From assembly GCA_030605835.1 (NCBI GenBank), contig JAUWHO010000001.1, positions 29,966 through 93,965 on the forward strand: a stretch of DNA of 64,000 nucleotides, written 5' to 3'. The DNA is from Candidatus Zixiibacteriota bacterium. Its GTDB lineage: Bacteria; Zixibacteria; MSB-5A5; DG-27. Shown in pieces: positions 9,256-18,230 of the stretch. Made by a program: the position numbers and the translations under genes. The notes under the pieces are model-generated. The model was not told where the DNA came from and did no database searches. It saw nothing but the letters and a program-made list of their open reading frames with translations. Position 1 is the stretch's first letter. Each line of letters opens with the position of its first letter.

Positions 9256-10026
9256 CTATTTCAGTCTTTCCTTCGCCTCTTCCCAGAGCCTGTCCATCTC
9301 TTCCAAGTTGGAATCGGAGAGGGTCTTACCCTTCTCTCGCAAACGGTTTTCGATGTATTCGAAGCGTCTTTTGAACTTCTCAGTGGTTGAATTCAAAGCC
9401 TCCTCCGGGGATAAACCTAAATGCCGGCAGAGATTGACCAGGGAGAAGAGTACATCCCCAAGCTCATCTTTGACCTTACGCTTCTCGCCCTCGTGGAACG
9501 ACCTCTCCAGCTCGCCGACCTCCTCCTTGATCTTCTCAAAGACCTCCTCAGCTCTCTCCCAATCGAAATCGAACCGGGCAACCTTCTCCTGCACCCGATA
9601 AGCCTTGAGCAGGGCCGGCAAGGACTTGGGGACTCCCTCCAGGACGGAATACCCCTTCCTGCCGGAATTAGCGAGCTTTATATGTTCCCAGTTCTGCAGA
9701 ACCTCTTCCGGGGTGATCTTCCTCCTTTTCTCGAAGACGTGGGGATGACGAGCGATGAGCTTTTCACAGATCCCCTCGGCGACCCCCCAGATGTCGAAGC
9801 GCCCCTTTTCCTCAGCTAAACGGGCGTGGAAAACAATCTGAAGCAAAAGGTCTCCCAGCTCCTCCTTCAATTTCTGGTCGTCTCCGGAGTCGATGGCCTC
9901 TATGACCTCGTAAGCCTCCTCGATGAGATAGGGTTTGAGGCTCTGGTGGTCCTGTTTCAAGTCCCAGGGACAACCGTCGGGAGAGCGCAGACGAGCCATG
10001 ACTCTTATCAATCTCTCAAATCGGTT
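9256..10026 (-). CDS. mazG: Nucleoside triphosphate pyrophosphohydrolase MazG.
   Basis: MNRFERLIRVMARLRSPDGCPWDLKQ...EE.YE and tandem EExGD-type MazG motifs. The start is moved to the ATG preceded by GAGGGTG. Confidence 0.8.
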   Translation of the reverse strand, partial: NRFERLIRVMARLRSPDGCPWDLKQDHQSLKPYLIEEAYEVIEAIDSGDDQKLKEELGDLLLQIVFHARLAEEKGRFDIWGVAEGICEKLIARHPHVFEKRRKITPEEVLQNWEHIKLANSGRKGYSVLEGVPKSLPALLKAYRVQEKVARFDFDWERAEEVFEKIKEEVGELERSFHEGEKRKVKDELGDVLFSLVNLCRHLGLSPEEALNSTTEKFKRRFEYIENRLREKGKTLSDSNLEEMDRLWEEAKERLK

Positions 10027-10189
10027 CATTTTTTCACCCTCGCTGTCCAAAATTAGAAGCAAAAAATGCCGAACGTATAGTAATAAAATAAAACCTAATT
10101 AGCTTGACAAACTTTTTTATGGCTATTATCATTTCTGATTGTCAGAGTGATTTGACAATTTTTTTTAGTCCGCTACAGATCCGTAAGAA

Positions 10190-12883
10190 GTGGTGATTGA
10201 GGTGAACGAAGAGGTCTTACCAAAGCAATACGACCCCAAGAAGACCGAGGATCGGTGGTATCAGTATTGGGAGTCCCGGGGTCTTTTCAAGGCCGACCCC
10301 GAAAGCCCCAAGCCGCCGTACAGCATTGTCATTCCGCCGCCCAACGTTACCGACATCCTCCATCTGGGGCACGCCTTAAACAACAGCCTTCAGGATATTC
10401 TGGTTCGCTACAAGAGGATTCGGGGTTTCGAGACCGAGTGGCTACCGGGGATCGACCACGCCGGAATCGCTACTCAGGTGGTGGTCGAGAAGAAGTTGGC
10501 AGAAGAAGGGATGAGTCGTCAGAAGCTGGGACGGGAGGAGTTCTTAAAGAGGGTTTGGCAGTGGAAGGACAGGAACGCCGACATCATCATCGAGCAGCTC
10601 AAGAAGATCGGCTGTTCCTGCGACTGGGATAAAACCAGGTTCACCATGGACGAGGGGCTCTCCCGGGCAGTTCTGGAGGTCTTCGTTCACCTTTACAACA
10701 AAGGGCTGATCTACAAAGGGAACTACATCGTCAACTGGTGCCCGCGCTGTCAGACTTCCTTATCCGACGATGAACCCGAAAGGGATGAACGGGATGGCCG
10801 GCTCTGGTACATAAAATACAAATTGAAGGGGGAGGACGAGTATATCACCGTCGCCACCACCAGGCCGGAGACCATGCTGGGGGACACCGCCGTCGCCGTT
10901 CACCCCAAAGATAAACGTTACAAAAAATACATAGGCAAGACCGCCATCCTGCCGATACTCGACCGCGAGCTTGCCATCATCGGGGACGAATATGTCGATC
11001 CCCAGTTCGGCACCGGCGCCGTCAAGGTTACTCCGGCGCACGACCCCAATGACTTCGAAGTCGGCAATCGCCACAACTTAGAGAAAATCAATGTCTTAAA
11101 CCCCGATGGCAGCATCAACCAGAATGGCGGCAAGTTCAAAGGTCTGGATCGCTACGAGTGCAGAAAAAGACTGGTCGCGGAACTGAAGAAGAAGGGGCTT
11201 TTAGAGAAGGAGGAGAAATACCGCGTCCCGGTTTTAACCTGCTACCGTTGTCATACCGATATCGAGCCCTATCTGTCGGAACAATGGTTCGTCAAGATGA
11301 AACCGCTGGCGGAGCCGGCCATTAAGGCGGTCAAAGAGGGCACCATAAGATTTTATCCCGGGCACTGGAGCAAGGTCTACCTCCACTGGATGGAGAACAT
11401 CCACGATTGGTGCATCTCCCGGCAGTTGTGGTGGGGACATCGTATTCCGGTCTGGTATTGCGACGACTGTCCCGAGATAACGGTCTCCAAGACCACCCCG
11501 GAGAGTTGTGGCCACTGTGGGAGTAAAAATGTCCACCAAGAAGAGGATGTCCTGGACACCTGGTTCTCCTCCTGGCTGTGGCCCTTTTCCACCTTCGGCT
11601 GGCCGGAGAAGACCAAGGAGCTGGAGGTCTTCTATCCCACCAAGCCCCTCTTCACGGCCTCGGAAATCATCTTCCTCTGGGTCGGGAGAATGGTGATGGC
11701 CGGGTATGAATTCATGGGCAAGCCCCCCTTCACCGACGTTTACATCCACGGCACCGTCCGGGACATAAACGGGATTAAGATGAGCAAGTCCCTGGGGAAC
11801 GGGATCGACCCCCTGGAGATCGTTCGGGATTACGGTGCCGATGCCCTGAGGATGACATTAGTCTTGGTCACCCCGGAGGGACAAGACCCCTTCCTGGCCA
11901 AGAACTCCTTCGAGCTGGGGAGGAATTTCTGCAACAAGCTCTGGAATGCTGGTCGCTTCGTTCTTTCTAACCTCAAGGATTTCGAGGCCAAGGAAGGGGA
12001 GACCTTCCCTCCGGACAGAAAGAGCTTGGACACCGCCGACCGCTGGATTCTGTCGCGCTTCTACGGGGCGATGGAAACCGTCGAGAAGGCCATCGAAAGC
12101 TATCGGTTCAACCAGGCCGGGAAGACTCTCTACGATTTCCTCTGGAAGGATTTTTGCGACTGGTATCTGGAATTCATAAAAGAGCGCCTTTACGATGCCG
12201 AGCATCCCCGGGAGAAAAGGATACCACAGCTTTTGGCCTCCCACCTGCTGGAGAAGACCCTGGTGGCTCTGTCTCCATTCGTTCCTTACATCTCCGAGGA
12301 GATCTGGCAGAGGTTGTCCAAGAAGATTTACATCGACGGCTCCCCCTGGACCGTCAACTACGCCGGCTGGCCGCAGACAAGAAGAGAGTGCCTCGACCTT
12401 GCCTTAGAGTCAGAGATGTCGCAGCTTCAGGAGGTCATCTATTCAGTTCGCAGCATCCGGGCGGAGATGAACGTCAAGCCGGCAAAGAGGGCAGACGTCA
12501 TAATAAAAACCGACAATCCCGAGCTCCACAAGCTGCTGGAGAAAAACAGACATTATATAACGCAACTGGGGAAGGTCGACAACCTGGAGATCTCTCCGAG
12601 AGCTAAGAAACCCCAGCATGCCGCCTCCGCGGTCGTCAGGGGAGCGGAGATCTACGTTCCCCTGGAGGGCTTGATTGATCTGGAGATTGAGAAATCACGT
12701 CTGGAAAAGGAGATGGAAAGGCTCAACGAGCAAATCGACAAGACCGCCAGGAAACTGAACAACAAAGACTTCACCAACAAAGCGCCTCCGGAGGTTGTCG
12801 AGAGAGAGAGGGCCAAACAACAGGAATATCAACAGATGCTCGACAAAATCGTCAAGAATATCGAAAGCTTGGTGGGATGGTAG
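10190..12883 (+). CDS. valS: Valine--tRNA ligase.
   Basis: HLGH (PPPNVTDILHLGHAL) and KMSKS (IKMSKSLGN) class I motifs, and a coiled-coil C-terminus. The exact GTG start is ambiguous within 10190-10211. Confidence 0.92.
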   Translation: MVIEVNEEVLPKQYDPKKTEDRWYQYWESRGLFKADPESPKPPYSIVIPPPNVTDILHLGHALNNSLQDILVRYKRIRGFETEWLPGIDHAGIATQVVVEKKLAEEGMSRQKLGREEFLKRVWQWKDRNADIIIEQLKKIGCSCDWDKTRFTMDEGLSRAVLEVFVHLYNKGLIYKGNYIVNWCPRCQTSLSDDEPERDERDGRLWYIKYKLKGEDEYITVATTRPETMLGDTAVAVHPKDKRYKKYIGKTAILPILDRELAIIGDEYVDPQFGTGAVKVTPAHDPNDFEVGNRHNLEKINVLNPDGSINQNGGKFKGLDRYECRKRLVAELKKKGLLEKEEKYRVPVLTCYRCHTDIEPYLSEQWFVKMKPLAEPAIKAVKEGTIRFYPGHWSKVYLHWMENIHDWCISRQLWWGHRIPVWYCDDCPEITVSKTTPESCGHCGSKNVHQEEDVLDTWFSSWLWPFSTFGWPEKTKELEVFYPTKPLFTASEIIFLWVGRMVMAGYEFMGKPPFTDVYIHGTVRDINGIKMSKSLGNGIDPLEIVRDYGADALRMTLVLVTPEGQDPFLAKNSFELGRNFCNKLWNAGRFVLSNLKDFEAKEGETFPPDRKSLDTADRWILSRFYGAMETVEKAIESYRFNQAGKTLYDFLWKDFCDWYLEFIKERLYDAEHPREKRIPQLLASHLLEKTLVALSPFVPYISEEIWQRLSKKIYIDGSPWTVNYAGWPQTRRECLDLALESEMSQLQEVIYSVRSIRAEMNVKPAKRADVIIKTDNPELHKLLEKNRHYITQLGKVDNLEISPRAKKPQHAASAVVRGAEIYVPLEGLIDLEIEKSRLEKEMERLNEQIDKTARKLNNKDFTNKAPPEVVERERAKQQEYQQMLDKIVKNIESLVGW

Positions 12884-12938
12884 AGAGTGAAGTCCCATCG
12901 CGGGGGTTAGAGAGAGAACCTAAGACCGGGAGGTGAAT

Positions 12939-14306
12939 ATGAGAAAGATTGCACTTCTTATGATAGTTTTCTTTGGGGCCTGCGCTTTCGCCGGGGATTT
13001 CAGCCTCACCGTCTATAATCAGGACATAAGCCTGGTGAAACAGAAAGAGAGCTTCAACTTCTCGAAGGGGACCCAGGAGATAAGTCTGCAAGGGGTTCCC
13101 TCCCGGATCGACCCCACCTCGGTTCATTTCAAGCCCTTGAAGGATGCCAACAAAATCGCGCTGTTGGAGCAAAACTACCGTTACGACTTGGTGAGCCCCT
13201 CTAAGATATTCGAGAGATACTTAGACCATAAGATCCAGCTCACCACCAAGGGGGACAAATTCTACGAGGGCAGCCTCCTGAGTTTCAACGAGGGGCAGAT
13301 CGTGATTAAGAATGGCGGTCTCTCCATCGTGCGCGTCGATGAGATCAGGGACTATCAGTTCCCCGACCTCCCCGAGGGGCTTTTGACCAAGCCGACGCTG
13401 GTGTGGTTGGTAGAGAGCGGCATCCGCGGTCGCCGCGATTGCGAGGTCAGCTATCTCACCAAGGGGTTGAGCTGGCATGCCGAGTATGTTGCCGTAGTCG
13501 ACCAAGAGGATAAGAACTTGGAGCTGTCTGGATGGGTGTCATTGGATAACAGAAGCGGGGCCACCTACGAAAACGCCAAGCTCAAACTGATCGCCGGAGA
13601 TGTTCACCTGGTGGAGGCTTATCCGACCCGCCTCGTTGATATGGAAGGACTGGGTCGACCCTCCAAGGCGGTGCCCCAATTTGAAGAGCGTGCCTTTTTC
13701 GAATACCACCTCTATACTATGATCAGGCCGACAACTCTCAAAGATAAAGAGACCAAGCAACTCTCCCTGTTTCCGGCAGCCTCCACTCCGGTCAAAAAGA
13801 TTTACACCTTCGAGAGCAGAGGCTACTACCCTCGAGCTCGAGGCGGACGAGATCAGAAGGTGGCCGTAACTCTGGAGTTCACCAACGCTCAGAAACAGGG
13901 ACTGGGGATCCCCCTGCCGGAGGGAAAAATCAGAGTCTATAAGGCCGACAGAGATGGGTCTTTAGAGTTTATTGGGGAGGATAAGATCGATCACACCCCC
14001 AAAGATGAAAAGGTGCGCGTTTTCGTCGGGAACGCCTTCGATATCGTCGGGGAGAGAACTCAGAAGGAGCGCAAGGAGCTTGCCCCCAAGCTGGTCGATG
14101 AGACCTACGAGATCAAGTTGAGAAATCATAAGGAGGAGAAGGTAGAGGTGGTAGTGGTGGAACACTTCCACCGCTCCCGGGACTGGGAGATAATTGAATC
14201 CAACTACACCTATACCAAAAATGATGCCTGGACGGTTGAATTCGTCATTCCGGTGAAGGCCGACGGCGAATCCATTTTGGAATACAAGGTCCGTTACCGC
14301 TGGTAG
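12939..14306 (+). CDS. DUF4140/DUF4139-like (mucoidy inhibitor MuiA-like) secreted protein.
   Basis: Signal peptide, and an N-terminal TVY...V...LP..IDP.SV pattern typical of DUF4140/DUF4139 proteins. Motif-level recall only. Confidence 0.55.
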   Translation: MRKIALLMIVFFGACAFAGDFSLTVYNQDISLVKQKESFNFSKGTQEISLQGVPSRIDPTSVHFKPLKDANKIALLEQNYRYDLVSPSKIFERYLDHKIQLTTKGDKFYEGSLLSFNEGQIVIKNGGLSIVRVDEIRDYQFPDLPEGLLTKPTLVWLVESGIRGRRDCEVSYLTKGLSWHAEYVAVVDQEDKNLELSGWVSLDNRSGATYENAKLKLIAGDVHLVEAYPTRLVDMEGLGRPSKAVPQFEERAFFEYHLYTMIRPTTLKDKETKQLSLFPAASTPVKKIYTFESRGYYPRARGGRDQKVAVTLEFTNAQKQGLGIPLPEGKIRVYKADRDGSLEFIGEDKIDHTPKDEKVRVFVGNAFDIVGERTQKERKELAPKLVDETYEIKLRNHKEEKVEVVVVEHFHRSRDWEIIESNYTYTKNDAWTVEFVIPVKADGESILEYKVRYRW

Positions 14307-14361
14307 GATTGATTGGTGGAGAGAAAAACTCGTTTCTATTGAATACTTTCTTGGAGGAGTG

Positions 14362-15387
14362 ATGAAGTATACCAAATATCTCCTGGGGGGTCTATTGATT
14401 ATCACCCTTATCTTTTCGGTGAGCTGCCAGAGTAAATACTTAACCGCGGCAAAGATCGCCCTGCAGCTTAGTCCTCCGGACCACGATGATGCTCTGGCAA
14501 ACCTCAAGCTCTGCGTCCAGGAGGACCCCAAGAATGCTAAGGCTTATAATCTGATGGGTCAGATTTACGCCGAGAAGAACATGTATCAGGAGATGCTGGA
14601 GAGCTTCAGGAAGGCGGAGAGCCTGGATCCTTCCCTGAAGAAGGAGAACGACAAGTGGCGAGAGAACAAGTGGGCCAGGGTCTTCAACAAGGGCCTCCAG
14701 GAGGTAAAAGCTGGCAACCTCACCTCCGCCAGAGAGCAATTCCGGACCGCCATCTTCATCGACTCCACCAAGTGGGAATCGTATGCCAATCTTGGCTTCA
14801 CCTATTCCCGAATGGACAGCTTGGATGGAGCTTACCTCAGCTACAAAAAGGCCTTCGAGCTCAAAGGAGATGACATAACTACTGCGCTGGACTACGCCAC
14901 GGTGTGCTATCAAAGCCAGAAATGGGACGAGGCCGAAATAGGCTACGCCCAGCTCCTCGAACTGGATCCAGGACACAACGAGGGTTTGATCCGCCTGCCG
15001 GAGGTTTACAAGAACCAGGGTCGGTTGGAGGACTCCAAGAACGCTTATGAGCGAACCTTGAAGCTCATCCCCGGCAATCAAGATGTCTGGTTCAACTTAG
15101 GGGTGCTTTGTTTTCATGAGCTGAAGGATTACGACTGCGCCTCGGAGTCCTTCAACAAGGTGGTAGAGCTGGTACCGGACGATCAAGACGCCAACATGAA
15201 TCTGGCGCTTTCCTATCTGATGCAAGAGAAATACGACCTCGCCGCCCCGGTCCTGGAGAAGTTGGTGCAGATGGACGAGAAGAATTGTGACGCCTGGGAG
15301 ATGCTCTCCGGAAGTTACACTCAACTGAAAGAACAGGATAAGGCCCGGGAGGCTTTCAACCGCTACCGGGATTGTAAGGGGGAGTGA
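14362..15387 (+). CDS. Tetratricopeptide-repeat lipoprotein.
   Basis: Lipobox-like FSVSC, repeated 34-aa TPR-like units (AKAYNLMGQIYAEKNMYQEMLESFRKAESLDP and others), and a GGAGG Shine-Dalgarno site. Confidence 0.7.
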   Translation: MKYTKYLLGGLLIITLIFSVSCQSKYLTAAKIALQLSPPDHDDALANLKLCVQEDPKNAKAYNLMGQIYAEKNMYQEMLESFRKAESLDPSLKKENDKWRENKWARVFNKGLQEVKAGNLTSAREQFRTAIFIDSTKWESYANLGFTYSRMDSLDGAYLSYKKAFELKGDDITTALDYATVCYQSQKWDEAEIGYAQLLELDPGHNEGLIRLPEVYKNQGRLEDSKNAYERTLKLIPGNQDVWFNLGVLCFHELKDYDCASESFNKVVELVPDDQDANMNLALSYLMQEKYDLAAPVLEKLVQMDEKNCDAWEMLSGSYTQLKEQDKAREAFNRYRDCKGE

Positions 15388-15413
15388 GATTGCTTTCTAC
15401 TTCACCTTTTAGA

Positions 15414-15444
15414 GGCAGTGGCACCCCCACTGCCTTTCTTTTCT
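15414..15444 (+). terminator. Rho-independent terminator after the TPR gene.
   Basis: GGCAGTGG-caccc-CCACTGCC, an 8-bp perfect stem, followed by TTTCTTTTCT. Confidence 0.6.
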
Positions 15445-15450
15445 GAAGGC

Positions 15451-17916
15451 ATGAGAGTCAAGATCGCGGTCCCAGTTCCCGCCAGAAAGCTGTTCACCTA
15501 CTTGGTGCCGGCCCAACTTCGGGAGGAAATAGAGCCCGGGAAGAGAGTGGAGGTCCCCTTCGGGTCGAGGATCTTAACCGGCCTGGTGCTCGAGCCCTCT
15601 TCTGAGAAAGTGGGGCGCCGGCTGAAGTATGTCAGGAGATGTCTCGACTATAAGCCGGTTCTCTCTCCCTCGCTTTTGAAGCTGGGACAATGGATTTCCA
15701 GATATTACCTCTCCCCTCCGGGAGAGACCTTCAAAGCCATGCTGCCTTCGGGGCTTCTGGCAGCCTCAGAAAACAGAGTAGCCCTCACGGCTCAAGGGAT
15801 ACTCGCAACCAAGGACCTTGAGAAAAGAGAAAGAGATTCAGGTGAAGAGATACTGAGGTTCCTCTACCCCTCCAGGCAGGTAAGGGTCTCCTCCTTGAAA
15901 AAAAGATTCGACTTTCCTGCTTTCAATTCCGTCATAGCGGAGCTTGAGTCTCAGGGACTGGTCAATCTTCTGCCGTCCGTTTCGACGTTGATGGGAGCGA
16001 AATTGGAGAGGACCGTTTGCCTTCCGGGATTTCTACAACTTGGCAGGGGGGACTTAACCTTCAAGGCTCTGGTGGAGGTGTTTGAAGAGAGGGCTCCGGC
16101 TCAGGCGAGGTGTTTGAAGCTTCTCCACCAGAGGGGAAGGCTCAAACTCGGGGAGCTTCTGAAGCTGGCCGCAACCGACCGGGAAGTCATCAACCGCCTG
16201 GTTAGACAACGCCTGGTGGAAATCGAATCCACGGAGGCGATCAGAGATCCATTAGAGTCCTATGAGGCCTATCCCCTGAACGCGAGCGAGCTGAATTCGG
16301 AACAGAAAAGCGCCTTAGCCGAGGTTAGCGGCTCGCTGCGTCAGGGTCAGAGTCGAACCTTTCTCCTCTTCGGAGTGACCGGCTCCGGCAAGACCCAGAT
16401 TTATATTGAGGCCGTCAAGCTCTGCCTGAAGCTGGGAAAATCGAGCTTGATTCTGATTCCAGAGATCTCTCTGACTCCCCAGACGGTGGGGCGATTCAAA
16501 GCCGGGTTCGGAGAGAGAGTGGGGGTGTGGCACAGCCGTCTGTCCCCCGGGGAGCGCTACGACACCTGGAGGCGCGCCCGCGAGGGGGAGCTTGACGTAG
16601 TTGTGGGAGTGCGCTCCGCAATATTCTCCCCACTCCCCAATCTGGGCCTGGTAGTCATCGACGAGGAGCACGACAGCTCTTATAAGCAGGAGTCTCCCAA
16701 TCCCAAATACAACGCCCGGGAGGTGGCGCTGATGCGGGCCAAGCTGGAGAAGGCGGTGACGATTCTGGGTTCCGCCACCCCCAGCTTCGAATCCTATCAA
16801 AATGCCCTCGCGGGAAAGTATGCTCTCTTGAGGTTGAGCTTTAGAGTGGAGGCTCGTCCTTTGCCGAAGGTGGAGATCGTCGATATGGTCACCTCCCCAA
16901 GGGAACCGGGAACGTTGCTGGGCGAGGTGCTCTTCGCCAAGATGAAGAAGGCTTTGAGCACCTCCCGGCAGGTCATACTCCTGCACAATCGCCGAGGCTT
17001 CAGCCCCACCGCCAAATGCCAGGACTGCGGGTTTGTGTGGAGGTGTCCCAATTGTGACATCTCCCTCACCTATCATCGCCAGGATCTGAAGCTCCTCTGT
17101 CACTACTGTGATTTCCACCTTCCGGCCCCCCAGGTCTGCGACAACTGTGGGGGGACGAAGATCTTTTACAGAGGCTACGGCACCCAGAGGATTGAAGGGG
17201 AGGTCAAGAGGTGTTTCCCGGAGTCGAAGCTGGTGCGCATGGACTTCGACGCCACCAGAAGGAAGGGCGCCCATCAGTCCATCTTAGAGGAGTTTCGAAG
17301 CGGGAGAGCCAATCTGCTCCTGGGCACTCAAATGGTGAGCAAGGGACTCGATTTCCCGGAGGTAGTCTTAGTCGGGGTCCTCTCCGCGGATCTCTCCCTT
17401 GATTTCCCCGACTTCCGCGCCGGGGAGAGAACCTTCCAGCTCTTGACTCAGGTCTCCGGGAGATGTGGTCGAGGTCAGCTCCCCGGAGAGGTGGTGGTGC
17501 AGACCTATCATCCGGACAATGCGGCCGTCAAGGCCGCGGTGTCACAGGATTTCGAATCCTTCTTCTGGCAGGAGGTAGCCACCAGAAGGAAGCTTTTCTA
17601 TCCTCCCTTCTCACACCTGATTCTGGTCAGATTCTCTGGAAAGAAGGAAAGCGAGCTGAAAAAGGGAGCTGAGGTCTTCCACAGACGACTGAGCCAAGAG
17701 CTCTCCCTGTTGGCGGAGAGGGTGAGAATCCTGGGTCCGGTCAGCTCTCTTATTCCCAGGTTAAGAGGAGAGTACCGCTACCAAATCTTGATCAAGGTCA
17801 AGAGAATCCTCCCCATGATCGAGGTCCTAGATCAGCTTTTAGAATCAGAATCGATCAGGAAACTCAGAAGGCGAGTGAAGGTCTCAATCGACGTGGACCC
17901 TCAGGAGGTCTTCTAA
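15451..17916 (+). CDS. priA: Primosomal protein N' (PriA helicase).
   Basis: Walker A GVTGSGKT, DEEH, and a Cys-rich zinc-binding region CQDCG...CPNCD...CHYCD...CDNCG. The start is moved to MRVKIA after the terminator and a GAAGG Shine-Dalgarno site. Confidence 0.9.
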   Translation: MRVKIAVPVPARKLFTYLVPAQLREEIEPGKRVEVPFGSRILTGLVLEPSSEKVGRRLKYVRRCLDYKPVLSPSLLKLGQWISRYYLSPPGETFKAMLPSGLLAASENRVALTAQGILATKDLEKRERDSGEEILRFLYPSRQVRVSSLKKRFDFPAFNSVIAELESQGLVNLLPSVSTLMGAKLERTVCLPGFLQLGRGDLTFKALVEVFEERAPAQARCLKLLHQRGRLKLGELLKLAATDREVINRLVRQRLVEIESTEAIRDPLESYEAYPLNASELNSEQKSALAEVSGSLRQGQSRTFLLFGVTGSGKTQIYIEAVKLCLKLGKSSLILIPEISLTPQTVGRFKAGFGERVGVWHSRLSPGERYDTWRRAREGELDVVVGVRSAIFSPLPNLGLVVIDEEHDSSYKQESPNPKYNAREVALMRAKLEKAVTILGSATPSFESYQNALAGKYALLRLSFRVEARPLPKVEIVDMVTSPREPGTLLGEVLFAKMKKALSTSRQVILLHNRRGFSPTAKCQDCGFVWRCPNCDISLTYHRQDLKLLCHYCDFHLPAPQVCDNCGGTKIFYRGYGTQRIEGEVKRCFPESKLVRMDFDATRRKGAHQSILEEFRSGRANLLLGTQMVSKGLDFPEVVLVGVLSADLSLDFPDFRAGERTFQLLTQVSGRCGRGQLPGEVVVQTYHPDNAAVKAAVSQDFESFFWQEVATRRKLFYPPFSHLILVRFSGKKESELKKGAEVFHRRLSQELSLLAERVRILGPVSSLIPRLRGEYRYQILIKVKRILPMIEVLDQLLESESIRKLRRRVKVSIDVDPQEVF

Positions 17917-18145
17917 GTGTCACCACCCGAATAACTCCCTGCCTCTTTCAGAGGTCGAAACTACATAACCTGACGCCTTCCGGCAGATTCTATTATACTT
18001 CCGTCGTAGCCAAACAGGAGTGTTTTCAAGGAAAATAGCATTTCTCTCGGTAAGACTACGTCTGATAGTTTCCAGACCTGGAGGTGAGGAGATTCGATTC
18101 AACCTGATGAGAGATTGAACATCGGTCGGCGTCCAAAATCCTTGA

Positions 18146-18174
18146 CAAAAGAGGATATCGCCTTATTATAGAAA
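18146..18174 (+). promoter_or_regulatory. Sigma70-like promoter candidate (TTGACA-16-TATTAT) upstream of a T9SS cargo gene.
   Basis: TTGACAaaagaggatatcgcctTATTAT, about 55 nt upstream of the ATG at 18231. Confidence 0.3.
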
Positions 18175-18230
18175 GCGAGGCTCTCATTAAGCTTCTTGTT
18201 AAGGCCTCATCTAAGCGCCAACACCTGGAG

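Noticed and set aside
10760-17274. Large antisense ORFs inside valS, the TPR gene and priA (for example 11234-11749, 14440-15081, 16315-17274).
   Set aside because: Typical spurious open frames on the antisense strand of high-GC genes. The sense-strand genes have strong family motifs.
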